DNA of 64,000 nt from assembly GCA_040079575.1 (NCBI GenBank), contig JBEBKH010000003.1:7854-71853 (forward strand). The letters are read 5' to 3'. A program made the translations under genes and the position numbers. The stretch's first letter is position 1; the number at the start of each line of letters is the position of its first letter. This document shows positions 9,658 through 19,276 of the stretch, piece by piece. The notes below the pieces were generated by a model that was not told where the DNA came from, made no database searches, and was given only the letters and a program-made list of their open reading frames with translations. The DNA comes from Chakrabartia sp. (GTDB taxonomy: Bacteria > Pseudomonadota > Alphaproteobacteria > Sphingomonadales > Sphingomonadaceae).

Positions 9658-10731
9658 TTACGCAGACATTTCCAGTACAATCTTTCCTACATGCCGTTTG
9701 GTCGAAAATGCTTCCTGCGCTGCGACAATTTCGGACAGCGGGAATATGAGCGCGACCAGAGGTGTGATGTCTCCGCTTTCAATATAGCGGATGAGGTTGG
9801 GAAACACCTCTGGCTCAAGGATTGTACATCCGATAAGTTGCAAATCTTTAAGGTACAATGTCCTTAAATCAAGATCGACAACCGGACCCGAAATTGCGCC
9901 CGCAACCCCGTATCGTCCGCCACGTTTGAGGCCGTTCAGGATTGCGCCAAACTGTGCGCCGCCAACGACATCAACGACGGCGTCAAAATATTCTTTGCCA
10001 AAAAGCGCAACTATGTCGGCGTCCCTGGGGATTACCTTGGCCGCACCCAAAGCACGTACAGCCTCTGCTTTGTCTGCTCCCGCCATTGCAACAATTTCTG
10101 CGCCGCGCCTCCTGGCGAGTTGGACGGCAGCAGAACCAACCCCGCCCGACGCGCCTGTGATCAACACACGTTCGCCCGCTGCCAATCCAATGCGGGTAAG
10201 CATATTTTCTGCAGCGGAATAAGCGCAGGGAAAGCTTGCCAATTCGACATCGCTTAGACTGCTCTCAATCCGGTGCGCATGAACAGAAGGCACGCGGGCA
10301 TAGTCGGAAAACGCGCCGTCCACTTCGGAACCAAAGTAAATCGCGTCAAATCGACCTCGCCCCCTGAAAACCGGTTCAATCAGAACACGTTCGCCAATCC
10401 GCTTTGGATCAATCTGTGTCCCCACAGCAACAATCCTCCCGCACGCGTCCGCCCCCTGAATGCGGGGGAACTGGAACATCTTCCCCGACCAGCCGTCATT
10501 TTCTGCTCCCGCAATACCAGTGGCAGCGCCCACCTCCGTCGCCTCGGCCACCGCTTTCGAATACCAGCCGATCCGCGTGTTAATGTCTGTATTATTGACC
10601 CCTGCTGCACCGACACGGATCAGAACATCATCGGGACCAAGAGCGGGAACAGGCACATCATCGCGCACCTCCAGCTTTTCATAGCCGCCATTGCCCGTCA
10701 GCAACACTGCGCGCATCAGGGAAGGCGTCAT
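9658..10731 (-). CDS. MDR superfamily alcohol dehydrogenase/quinone oxidoreductase-like protein
   Basis: AAGVNNTD, QGADACGRI, ITGASGGVG Rossmann motif, HVGKIVL; start overlaps the Rieske stop (TGATG). Confidence 0.88.
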   Translation of the reverse strand: MTPSLMRAVLLTGNGGYEKLEVRDDVPVPALGPDDVLIRVGAAGVNNTDINTRIGWYSKAVAEATEVGAATGIAGAENDGWSGKMFQFPRIQGADACGRIVAVGTQIDPKRIGERVLIEPVFRGRGRFDAIYFGSEVDGAFSDYARVPSVHAHRIESSLSDVELASFPCAYSAAENMLTRIGLAAGERVLITGASGGVGSAAVQLARRRGAEIVAMAGADKAEAVRALGAAKVIPRDADIVALFGKEYFDAVVDVVGGAQFGAILNGLKRGGRYGVAGAISGPVVDLDLRTLYLKDLQLIGCTILEPEVFPNLIRYIESGDITPLVALIFPLSEIVAAQEAFSTKRHVGKIVLEMSA

Positions 10732-11984
10732 CAATTGGCGCGCTCCAACCCAAACTGGTTCAGATACCATTTTTGGAAACTAATCACACTGCCCTCCTGA
10801 TCAGAATAGCGTCCCGGACGATAGCGGCTGGACATGATCCCAGCCTGATTATTCTCGGTGATCACTTTGTCCTGTGTGGTCGTAGCATGATAACCCCAGA
10901 TCATTTTTTCGATATCTACCTCTGCCTCGCTGGCGCGGCCATCGACCAGCCAGATCATCTCGACGTCGGTAGCGAGCGCTGAGCGTGGAGTGAATTGGAA
11001 AAGAATGACAAAATGATCATCTGCAACAATCTGGCTGAACGGGCTGAAGCTCAAATGCATCCGCCCGCCGTCGGCATGTGTGCGTTTGCCCATGAGCGGA
11101 GCTGGCGCGGTGCCGTCTTGCGTTTCGGCGGCCCAGCCATCTTTATTCATACGTTGCATCATCAGCCGCAAGTGGCTGCTTTCTGGGGCGTCATCGATAT
11201 TGCCAATCGGACGCCCGACCGCAGCCGCACTTTCTTCCCATGCCTGCAGCTTAGGGGTGAAACTGGCAATGGCATCTGCCGGGCCCGAATTTGGTCCCGC
11301 CCCCACCGCAACAATCGATTCCGCCGCATGCATTGAACAGAATTCGGGGTGCGAAGGGACACAGTGATAGCATTCGAAGAAATTTTCAACGACCAGCTTC
11401 CAATTGGCATCCGTGGGATAGCTGCCAGCATGCGCAATCCGGGCGTCTGCAATCCCGTGATAATCAAGGATCGCTCCCATCTCGCCAAAAGTAGCATCGA
11501 AATCGACGGGCTCACCTTCAGTCATATTAATGAAGATCAGCCCGTGGAACACGCGGACATGGCAAGAAAACAGACTGTTTTCAGCCTTGTCAAAATCCTC
11601 CGGCATCAACCGCGCGGCGATCAACTTGCCATCAAGACCAAACGTCCAAGCGTGATAGGGGCAGACCAATCGCGGCGCATTTCCGCTTTCAGCAGAACAT
11701 AGCGTCGACCCGCGATGACGACAGACATTGAAAAAGGCACGGACGCTATCGGCATTTTCACGGATGATAATGATCTGTTCCTGGCCAATTTTGAACAGGA
11801 AATAGTCGCCCTTCTCTGGCACCCGCGAAACATGCCCGGCAAGGATCCATTTTTTACTGATCACTTGATCCATATCGGCCTTGAACACCTCGGCGCTGGT
11901 GTAAAATTCTTGGTCAAAGCTATACCCAACGCGCGTATTTGCGGCGAGGCGGTTCATCATTTCACTTTGGGTTTCGGTCATCAA
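10731..11984 (-). CDS. Rieske non-heme iron oxygenase alpha subunit (GbcA/Stc2-like), copy 1
   Basis: CRHRG...CPYHAW Rieske ligands; ENFFECYHC...SHPE and QD mononuclear iron ligands. Confidence 0.93.
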   Translation of the reverse strand: MMTETQSEMMNRLAANTRVGYSFDQEFYTSAEVFKADMDQVISKKWILAGHVSRVPEKGDYFLFKIGQEQIIIIRENADSVRAFFNVCRHRGSTLCSAESGNAPRLVCPYHAWTFGLDGKLIAARLMPEDFDKAENSLFSCHVRVFHGLIFINMTEGEPVDFDATFGEMGAILDYHGIADARIAHAGSYPTDANWKLVVENFFECYHCVPSHPEFCSMHAAESIVAVGAGPNSGPADAIASFTPKLQAWEESAAAVGRPIGNIDDAPESSHLRLMMQRMNKDGWAAETQDGTAPAPLMGKRTHADGGRMHLSFSPFSQIVADDHFVILFQFTPRSALATDVEMIWLVDGRASEAEVDIEKMIWGYHATTTQDKVITENNQAGIMSSRYRPGRYSDQEGSVISFQKWYLNQFGLERAN

Positions 11985-14425
11985 ATTTTAATCCGTGCGT
12001 TGGTGGGGTCATACATGGGTTTGAGCGATGCGGTGACGGGATAGCGCACACCCGCAATTTCGATTTCATAGTCATCCGCGCCTATCGGTCCGACCACCTC
12101 GTCATTTGCTGCTGTGACATAGCCAAGCCCGCAAGCTGCGCCGAGAGTATGGGCATACATGCCAGAACGAATGTAACCGGCGATGCGATCTCCCTGCCAG
12201 ATCGGTTCATTATGATAGAGCATCGGGTCGGGCGATTTTAGCAGAAACTGAACAAGACGCTGTTTGAGGCCATCCTGCTTTTGCTTGAGCAATGCATCAC
12301 GCCCGATAAAGCCACCCGCCTTGTCCATCCGTACTGCAAAGCCAAGTCCAGCCTCTAAAGGCGTGTCTTCATCGGTGATGTCGTGACCCCAGTGACGATA
12401 TCCCTTTTCCATACGCAACGCATTGAGCGCGTGATAACCACAATGTTTGAGGTCAAATGCCGCACCCGCCGCGACGATTTCATCGTACACACCGGTCATG
12501 AATTCAGATGCGATATAAAGCTCCCAGCCCAATTCACCGACATAGGTAATGCGTGAAGCGCGGACGATGGCATAGCCAAGTTCGATGTCCTGAGACGTGC
12601 CGAACGGGAAGGCTTCGTGCGATAGATCATTGGGGCAAATCGACTGAAGCAAGGCGCGCGCATTCGGCCCCATGATTGAAATCACACCCATAGCAGAGCT
12701 GACATTGGTCAGCACCGCATGCGCATCATCAGGCGTATGACGTTTCAACCAGTTGAAATCTTTAATTTCGGTCTCTGCCCCTGTGACGATCAAAAAGGCT
12801 GTGTCGGACAGGCGGGTGACGGTCAAATCCGCTTCGATCCCACCTTTTTCATTGAGCCACTGTGTATAGATCAGCTTGCCCGGCGCAACATCGACATCGT
12901 TCGCGCAGACACGGTTGAGCACGCTGCAAGCATCGCGTCCTTCCAACCGAAATTTTGCGAAGGATGACTGATCGAACAGGCCTACCCCCTCGCGCACCGC
13001 TTTGCACTCAGCCGCATTGGCTTCAAACCAATTCTGACGACCATAACTATATTCATATTTTGGCGCACTACCCGGGGCACCGTACCAATTAGGCCGCTCC
13101 CATCCGAACGCCTCACCGTGACACGCGCCCGCTGCTGCCACGCGGTCATGGATCGCAGAACGGCGAACGCCGCGCGCGGTTTCATATTGTTTGAACGGAT
13201 AATGGGTCGCGTAAAGCAGGCCGAGGCTTTCGGTTACCCGCTCACGCAGATATTTGCGATTGATCTGAAAAGGCATGTTGCGGCGAATATCGACAGTCCA
13301 CAAATCGGCTGGCGGGATACCGTCACGGATCCAGTCAGCCATCACCTTGCCAACACCGCCCGCCGATTGCAGGCCGATTGAGTTCAAACCCGCTGCAACA
13401 AAACAGCCTCTGAGTTCCGCACTTTCACCCAGATGATAGCGCACGTCGGGGGTAAAGCTTTCGGGCCCGCAGAAGAATTTCTGAATGCCCGCTTTCTCAA
13501 GTGCGGGCACCCGGCGCATCGCATCCATCAGCAACGGTTCGAAATGTTCGAAACTCCCCGCAATTTCATCAAAGCAGAAATCTTCGGATATGCCGTCCAT
13601 CCCCCAGGGCCGCGCATTGGGTTCAAACGCGCCAACGAGCAACTTGCCCGCGTCATATTTATAATATCCGCAATAATCATAGTCGCGCAGCACAGGGAGC
13701 GTTGAATCGATTCCCTCAACACCTTCGAACAGAACATAATAATGTTCACAGGCGTGCAACGGAGCGGCGACGCCGATACTCGCAGCCAAATCGCGCGTCC
13801 ACATGCCGCCGCAAATCACGACATAGTCAGCATCGATTGATCCTGTGTCGGTATCAACGCCAGTCACGCGGTCGCCGTTGTGGCGGATTTTGGTAACCTT
13901 GGTATTTTCAAATATCCGTGCGCCGCCAGTGCGCGCGCCCTTCGCCAACGCCTGTGTAATATCGACCGCATTGGCATATCCATCGCTCGGAATATGGATG
14001 CCGCCCACCACATCATCAACATTGACGATATGTGCGAGCGCCTTGATTTCTTCGGGCGTGACAACATGGACGGGCAGATCGAACACTTTGGCCATTGAGG
14101 CGCTTCGTTTGAGTTCCTCAAACCGTTCCATATTGGTCGCCATCGAAATTGAACCGCACTGGCGATATCCCGTCGCTTGACCGGTCTCAGCCTCAAGCCC
14201 GCGATAAAGTTCGCCGGTATATTTGGCCAGCTTGGTCATGTTGATGCTTGGGCGCAATTGCCCGACCAGCCCCGCCGCATGCCACGTCGTGCCACTGGTC
14301 AACTGCTTGCGTTCCAGCAAGACAACATCGTCCCAGCCGATCTTTGTCAGATGATAGGCAATCGAACAGCCGATCACGCCGCCGCCGACAATGACGACCT
14401 TTGCCTTTTTGGGGAGTTCAGCCAC
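11981..14425 (-). CDS. GcvT-family FAD-dependent N-methyl amine dehydrogenase (sarcosine/DMG dehydrogenase-like)
   Basis: GGGVIG, TTWHAAG (covalent FAD His), GPESFTPD, GWERPNW; C-terminal THF-binding GcvT domain. Confidence 0.93.
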   Translation of the reverse strand: MAELPKKAKVVIVGGGVIGCSIAYHLTKIGWDDVVLLERKQLTSGTTWHAAGLVGQLRPSINMTKLAKYTGELYRGLEAETGQATGYRQCGSISMATNMERFEELKRSASMAKVFDLPVHVVTPEEIKALAHIVNVDDVVGGIHIPSDGYANAVDITQALAKGARTGGARIFENTKVTKIRHNGDRVTGVDTDTGSIDADYVVICGGMWTRDLAASIGVAAPLHACEHYYVLFEGVEGIDSTLPVLRDYDYCGYYKYDAGKLLVGAFEPNARPWGMDGISEDFCFDEIAGSFEHFEPLLMDAMRRVPALEKAGIQKFFCGPESFTPDVRYHLGESAELRGCFVAAGLNSIGLQSAGGVGKVMADWIRDGIPPADLWTVDIRRNMPFQINRKYLRERVTESLGLLYATHYPFKQYETARGVRRSAIHDRVAAAGACHGEAFGWERPNWYGAPGSAPKYEYSYGRQNWFEANAAECKAVREGVGLFDQSSFAKFRLEGRDACSVLNRVCANDVDVAPGKLIYTQWLNEKGGIEADLTVTRLSDTAFLIVTGAETEIKDFNWLKRHTPDDAHAVLTNVSSAMGVISIMGPNARALLQSICPNDLSHEAFPFGTSQDIELGYAIVRASRITYVGELGWELYIASEFMTGVYDEIVAAGAAFDLKHCGYHALNALRMEKGYRHWGHDITDEDTPLEAGLGFAVRMDKAGGFIGRDALLKQKQDGLKQRLVQFLLKSPDPMLYHNEPIWQGDRIAGYIRSGMYAHTLGAACGLGYVTAANDEVVGPIGADDYEIEIAGVRYPVTASLKPMYDPTNARIKI

Positions 14426-14428
14426 CGG

Positions 14429-16846
14429 TCAAACCTTCATTTTCATATTGTCAGGATCATAAGCGGGATGCTCCAACACTGTGGCCACACACCGTTCACC
14501 TTGAAGATAGAGATCAAATGTTGATCCAGGGGCAGCATTTTCAATTGGTACACAGGCAAAGAACAAACTCTTCCCGACACGGTGGCCGTATCCGCCCGAT
14601 GTCGTCAAACCTATGCACGTGTCGCCGATCAGGCATGGCTCAGCACCGCGCACATCGACATTGGTCGCGCCCACTTCACCGTAAACAATCCGGAACCGGT
14701 CAGGCGCATCGAGCGTCGCTTGCTTGCCAACGAAATCGTCTTTCTTGAAATTGATAAAGCGTGGCATATCAGCCTCAATCATAGTCAATTCGTTGGTCAG
14801 TTCAGACCCCCACGCTTTATATCCCTTTTCCATCCGCATCGTATTGGCGGCATACAGGCCGTAATTGACGATGCCGAATTCCTGACCCGCTTCCCAAACA
14901 GCATCATACAATACCGCGAGATCTTCCATGGCTGGATGCAGTTCCCACCCCAACTCTCCAGCATAAGAAACACGAAGCGCCCGCATTTTGATGCCCGCGA
15001 TCACGATATCCTGACCACTCAACCAGCGAAAACCTTCATTGCCGAGGTCCGCATCGGTCAGCTTTGCCAGCACATCGCGCGAGTGCGGGCCGTTCATCAC
15101 CAGAACGCCCAAGTCCATCGTGAGGTTGCTGATGGTGACATCCTCGCCCGGCAATTTACTCTGTATCAACCAGTCCCAGTCGCGCTGTTCGGCAGCCGAG
15201 GCGGAGAGACAATAGAAATGGTCGTCGGCAAAACGCGTCACCGTCATCTCGCCGTAAATGCGTCCCTGCACCGACAAGGGATGGACAAGCCCAATTCCGC
15301 CAAGTTTCTTGGGCATGCGGTTTGCACAGATACGGTTGAGGAAGCCCTCTGCGTCCGGCCCCGTCACATCATATTTGGCAAAACCCGAAAGATCGAGCAC
15401 GCCGACGCGCTCTTCAACGGCCTTCACTTCCGCCGCAATCACCTCAAACGTGTTGGTGCGCTGATAGCCGCCTTCTTCCGGCGCGCCGTCAAGCGCGAAA
15501 TATTTGGGCCTTTCCCAACCATAAGTCTCACCAAAGACCGCACCGGCAGCCTTAAGTGGCGCATAAAGCGGGCTGGTTTTTTGCGGGCGGCCATCGGGTT
15601 CTTCTTCGCCGGGAAGCCGCGTGGTGAAGGTCATCCGGTAATCGAGGAACACCTTGTCGCGGCAATAATCTTCAGTGGCAAATGGTCCGTAACGGCGCGG
15701 ATCAAATTCGGTCATATTGATGTCTGCATCACCGAACACCATCCACTGCGCGAGATATTTGCCAGCGCCACCCCCCTGGGCGATGCCAAAGCTGGTGCCG
15801 CAACACTGCCAGAAATTCTTAAGGCCAACCGCAGGCCCCAGCAACGGCCCCCCATCGGGCGTGTGCGGAATCGCGCCATTGACGAAGCGCCGCAGGCCGA
15901 CTTCACCGAAAACCGGCATACGTTCGATTGCACGTTCAAGCCATGGCGCGATCCGTTCCAGATCCTCGGGGAACAGCTCGCTGGTTGAGTTCCATTCGGG
16001 ATGGCCACCGCGCGGAGCCCAGGCTTCGGCGAGGCCCGTGCTTTCGTAAACGCCGATCAGCCCGCTTTTCTGCTCCTGTCGAAAATAGCCGGAAACATGC
16101 GGGCAACGCATGACGGGGATTTCTTCCGATCGCTCCATAAAAGCCGGGATCGGGTCGGTCACAACATAATGATGCTCCATATTGGTCACCGGAATATCAA
16201 TGCCCGCCATCTGCGCCACCTGCCGCGCATAGCAGCCTGCCGCGTTCACAATGATTTCGGCGCGGACCGTGCCTTTTTCGGTCTCCACGTCCCATTCGCC
16301 TGATGGCAGCTGTGTGAGGCCGGTAACGCGGTTCTTACGCACAATCTTCGCGCCCATATTCTTGGCGCCAATGGCCAGTGCGTTGCAGATGCCCGACGGA
16401 TCAGCATGACCGTCTTCGGTCGTCCGCGCGCCTGCGATCACGCCTTCCAGCGTCATGAACGGATTATGGCGGAGGATTTCCGCGGGCGGAATGATCTCCA
16501 TCTCAAACCCGATGATCTTGGAAAAGCCCTGAATATAGCGCATCCACGCCAGCTCACGCTCATTGGTGGCAAGCCTTATACCGCCCGATTTGTGCCAGCT
16601 GACATATTGGCCCGTCAGGCCTTCCAGCTGCGGATAGAGCTCATTTGAATAAGCATGCATCTTGGCAAGATTGAAGCTGCCGGTGATATTGGGGCACTGG
16701 CCCGCCGCATGCCAGGTGGAGCCGGAGGTCAGTTCATCCTTTTCAATCAACAGGCAATCGGTCCAGCCGAGTTCGGCAAGGTGATAGAGCAAACTCGCCC
16801 CCATGATCCCGCCGCCGATAATCACAACCCGTGCCGATGTCTGCAT
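14429..16846 (-). CDS. GcvT-family dimethylglycine dehydrogenase-like protein
   Basis: GGGIMG, STWHAAG, NGAIPHTPDG, GWERPKYF, RMEKGYKAWG; AGGAG ribosome-binding site. Confidence 0.93.
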   Translation of the reverse strand: MQTSARVVIIGGGIMGASLLYHLAELGWTDCLLIEKDELTSGSTWHAAGQCPNITGSFNLAKMHAYSNELYPQLEGLTGQYVSWHKSGGIRLATNERELAWMRYIQGFSKIIGFEMEIIPPAEILRHNPFMTLEGVIAGARTTEDGHADPSGICNALAIGAKNMGAKIVRKNRVTGLTQLPSGEWDVETEKGTVRAEIIVNAAGCYARQVAQMAGIDIPVTNMEHHYVVTDPIPAFMERSEEIPVMRCPHVSGYFRQEQKSGLIGVYESTGLAEAWAPRGGHPEWNSTSELFPEDLERIAPWLERAIERMPVFGEVGLRRFVNGAIPHTPDGGPLLGPAVGLKNFWQCCGTSFGIAQGGGAGKYLAQWMVFGDADINMTEFDPRRYGPFATEDYCRDKVFLDYRMTFTTRLPGEEEPDGRPQKTSPLYAPLKAAGAVFGETYGWERPKYFALDGAPEEGGYQRTNTFEVIAAEVKAVEERVGVLDLSGFAKYDVTGPDAEGFLNRICANRMPKKLGGIGLVHPLSVQGRIYGEMTVTRFADDHFYCLSASAAEQRDWDWLIQSKLPGEDVTISNLTMDLGVLVMNGPHSRDVLAKLTDADLGNEGFRWLSGQDIVIAGIKMRALRVSYAGELGWELHPAMEDLAVLYDAVWEAGQEFGIVNYGLYAANTMRMEKGYKAWGSELTNELTMIEADMPRFINFKKDDFVGKQATLDAPDRFRIVYGEVGATNVDVRGAEPCLIGDTCIGLTTSGGYGHRVGKSLFFACVPIENAAPGSTFDLYLQGERCVATVLEHPAYDPDNMKMKV

Positions 16847-16853
16847 GAAAAGC

Positions 16854-16940
16854 CCGCTCCTGATGGGATATTTTGTCGCACAGCTTAAGGCGAGACAGGG
16901 GCAGGATACAAATGGGGATTATGGTTGGATTGGTTCAAAA
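16854..16940 (+). repeat. 87-bp direct repeat copy A; promoter/RBS region of module A
   Basis: Aligns with 18182-18268; the 32-nt block CAAATGGGGATTATGGTTGGATTGGTTCAAAA is identical at 16909 and 18237. Confidence 0.9.
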
Positions 16941-17053
16941 AATTTAAGGGTAAGGCAAAACAGGTTAGGGTCAGGACCGCGTCACGACAGCGTCACACAA
17001 GGCGTCTATTTTGGTATCTCTGATCAATAATGGTTGATATTGGGCGGATACAG

Positions 17054-17836
17054 ATGACGACACTTTCTCTTTCGATTCCCAAAGCAGAACCACAGGCGTA
17101 TCTGCTCTGCGCAATGCGTCTGCTGTGGATCGGTTTGCCGCTCATCATTATTTTGCCGCTTCACCTCCTCTGGCATGTGCTCAAATTGCCTTCGCCTTGG
17201 GCGATGATGTTCATGCGCATCACGTCCCGTGCATTGGGTGCGCGCGTAAAAGTGCACGGAAAACCGCTGCGTAAGGACGTCTTCTTTGTCGCCAACCATC
17301 TGTCATGGCATGATATTCCCATCCTCGGCGGGATCACGGGGACGGCGTTTGTCGCGCAGGACGGTGTCCGATCCTGGCCCATCATTGGCTGGCTTGCGAC
17401 CCTCAACCGCACCATTTTCATCAGCCGCAGCGACAAACAAAATGTCAGCGCCCAGGTTGCAGAGCTGCGTGACGCCATTTCAGAAAACTGGTCTGTCACC
17501 CTGTTCCCGGAAGGCACGACATCAGACGGACGGGGTTTGTTGCCCTTCAAACAATCATTGTTTGCAACGCTGGCCCCGCCGCCAAAACCGATGATGATCC
17601 AGCCGGTCTTGATTGATTTTGGAAAAGACGGGCCAGACATTGCGTGGCTGGGCGAAGAAACAGGTGGCGAGAGCGCGTGGCGCGCCTTCACCCGCAAAGG
17701 AAGTTACGCCGTCAACGTCCATTTTCTGGAACCATTTGACCCCGGCACCGTCGGCGACCGCAAACAAGTCTGCGCGCTCGCCCGCACACGTCTCAGCGCC
17801 GCACTGTCGCGCAGCCTTGGATATAGCGTTTCTTAA
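17054..17836 (+). CDS. Lysophospholipid acyltransferase (PlsC family)
   Basis: NHLSWHD (HX4D), FVAQ, FISR, LFPEGT motifs; N-terminal membrane segment. Confidence 0.9.
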   Translation: MTTLSLSIPKAEPQAYLLCAMRLLWIGLPLIIILPLHLLWHVLKLPSPWAMMFMRITSRALGARVKVHGKPLRKDVFFVANHLSWHDIPILGGITGTAFVAQDGVRSWPIIGWLATLNRTIFISRSDKQNVSAQVAELRDAISENWSVTLFPEGTTSDGRGLLPFKQSLFATLAPPPKPMMIQPVLIDFGKDGPDIAWLGEETGGESAWRAFTRKGSYAVNVHFLEPFDPGTVGDRKQVCALARTRLSAALSRSLGYSVS

Positions 17837-17863
17837 ACACGCTTTGGGCGATATTGGAACGAC

Positions 17864-18070
17864 GCAAAATAGCGCTTTTTGCCCCTTAGCTTCCCAAACT
17901 TCGCAGGGAGGGCCGTTCCACTGCGAAGTTAAGCGCTTGTGCCCATGGCAAAGCCCAATCAAGCACACCACTGCGGGAGACCCGAGAGGGGTCACCTTAT
18001 GCCATCAGGGATATTCAAAATGAGAAAGAGCAAGCCAAATTGCTCATAGCAAATCCTACATTACAAGGCT
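17864..18070 (+). repeat. Dispersed structured intergenic repeat, copy 2
   Basis: See copy 1; contains perfect stems AACTTCGCAG/CTGCGAAGTT, GCAAAA/TTTTGC, GACCC/GGGTC and GAGCAA/TTGCTC. Confidence 0.9.
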
Positions 18071-18181
18071 GAAGAGACAGCCAAAGATACTGCGCTTTCC
18101 GGTTCTGACGTCCGCTGTTGCTGCCATGCCGGGCGTCACACGGCGACACAGCGCGGATGCGTTGGCCAATGTGCAGTTTAA

Positions 18182-18268
18182 CCGCTCCTCCATGGGATAT
18201 TTATGGCATAGCTTAACGCGAGTCATGGGCAGGAGGCAAATGGGGATTATGGTTGGATTGGTTCAAAA
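18182..18268 (+). repeat. 87-bp direct repeat copy B, upstream of the SDR gene
   Basis: Offset 1328 nt from copy A; mostly substitutions plus small indels. Confidence 0.9.
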
Positions 18269-18337
18269 TATTCCTGGGGGAGGGCGTCATGTGCTACTCG
18301 TGGACCATATTTCTTCTCTTGTGAAAGACTGCGCGAA

Positions 18338-19102
18338 ATGAAAGTGGCCATAGTGACAGGCGCTGCACAAGGTGTTGGCTTCGCGACGACGCAATTGCTG
18401 ACCCAGAAGGGCTATCATGTCGTGATGACTGATGTGCAGCCGCTCGACGCGCAGCTCAGAAGCCTTACCAGAGATGGCGGCAGTGTTTCTGCATTGTGTG
18501 GTGACGTGGCATCCGAGGCATTTGCAAAAGAGCTTGCCGTCAAGATTGTCGCTGATCACGGTGCTGCAGATGTGCTTGTCAACAATGCGGGTATCAGCTT
18601 GATCTGCCCTGCAGAAGAGACAAGTCTTGAGCAATGGAATCGCATGATGGCGATCAATTTGGCTGGGCCGTTTCTGCTATGCAGGGAATTGGGGCGGGCG
18701 ATGCTGGACCGCGGCAGCGGCAGTATCGTCAATGTGGCCTCTATTGCAGGATTGCACGGGGTGATTCATCGCGCGGCCTATAACGCATCCAAACATGGTT
18801 TGATCGGATTGACCCGCACTTTAGCGGCGGAGTGGGGTGGCCGTGGAATTCGTGTGAACGCCGTATGTCCCGGCTGGATAAAAACCGAAATGGATGCTCG
18901 CGATATGGGTGCGGGAGCCTATAGCGACAAGGATATTGTTGATCGCGTTCCTTCGGCCCGTTTTGCCAAACCCGAAGAGGTCGCGCGCGCGATTCTGTTT
19001 CTTGCGCGCGATGATAATTTCATCAACGGTGCCAGTCTGCCCGTCGATGGTGGATGGACAGCAGATGCAAGTTGGGATGCTCTGCGTTTGCAAACGCGGT
19101 GA
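18338..19102 (+). CDS. Short-chain dehydrogenase/reductase
   Basis: TGAAQGVG, VNNAG, YNASK, PVDGGW. Confidence 0.95.
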   Translation: MKVAIVTGAAQGVGFATTQLLTQKGYHVVMTDVQPLDAQLRSLTRDGGSVSALCGDVASEAFAKELAVKIVADHGAADVLVNNAGISLICPAEETSLEQWNRMMAINLAGPFLLCRELGRAMLDRGSGSIVNVASIAGLHGVIHRAAYNASKHGLIGLTRTLAAEWGGRGIRVNAVCPGWIKTEMDARDMGAGAYSDKDIVDRVPSARFAKPEEVARAILFLARDDNFINGASLPVDGGWTADASWDALRLQTR

Positions 19103-19276
19103 AACAGCAAAAAAACGCAAAAAATTTGACCCCTTTCCCCAAATTTTTCAATTGTGGCCCGTGCCCCTCACAGGCTTAATCTTGACATTGAAAAAGGGGG
19201 AAGGCCGCCGCTTGCCTGCGTGGTGACGTTACGGCAAAGGCCCAAACCATAGACGGATGAATGGGTGCGCGCGCGT

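Noticed and set aside
14582-15988. 468-aa antisense ORF; similar long ORFs at 2889-3506, 28794-29597, 33061-34482 and 45995-47113
   Set aside because: All lie opposite well-supported genes, have no family motifs, and are expected shadows of GC-biased codon usage.
17864-18070. Riboswitch (glycine or cobalamin) identity for the structured repeat
   Set aside because: Only fragments (CCACTG, GCGGGAGA) resemble the consensus, the core motifs are missing, and copy 1 is not upstream of any gene.
18126-18341. 71-aa ORF upstream of the SDR gene
   Set aside because: It runs through the duplicated promoter sequence and has no recognisable motifs.
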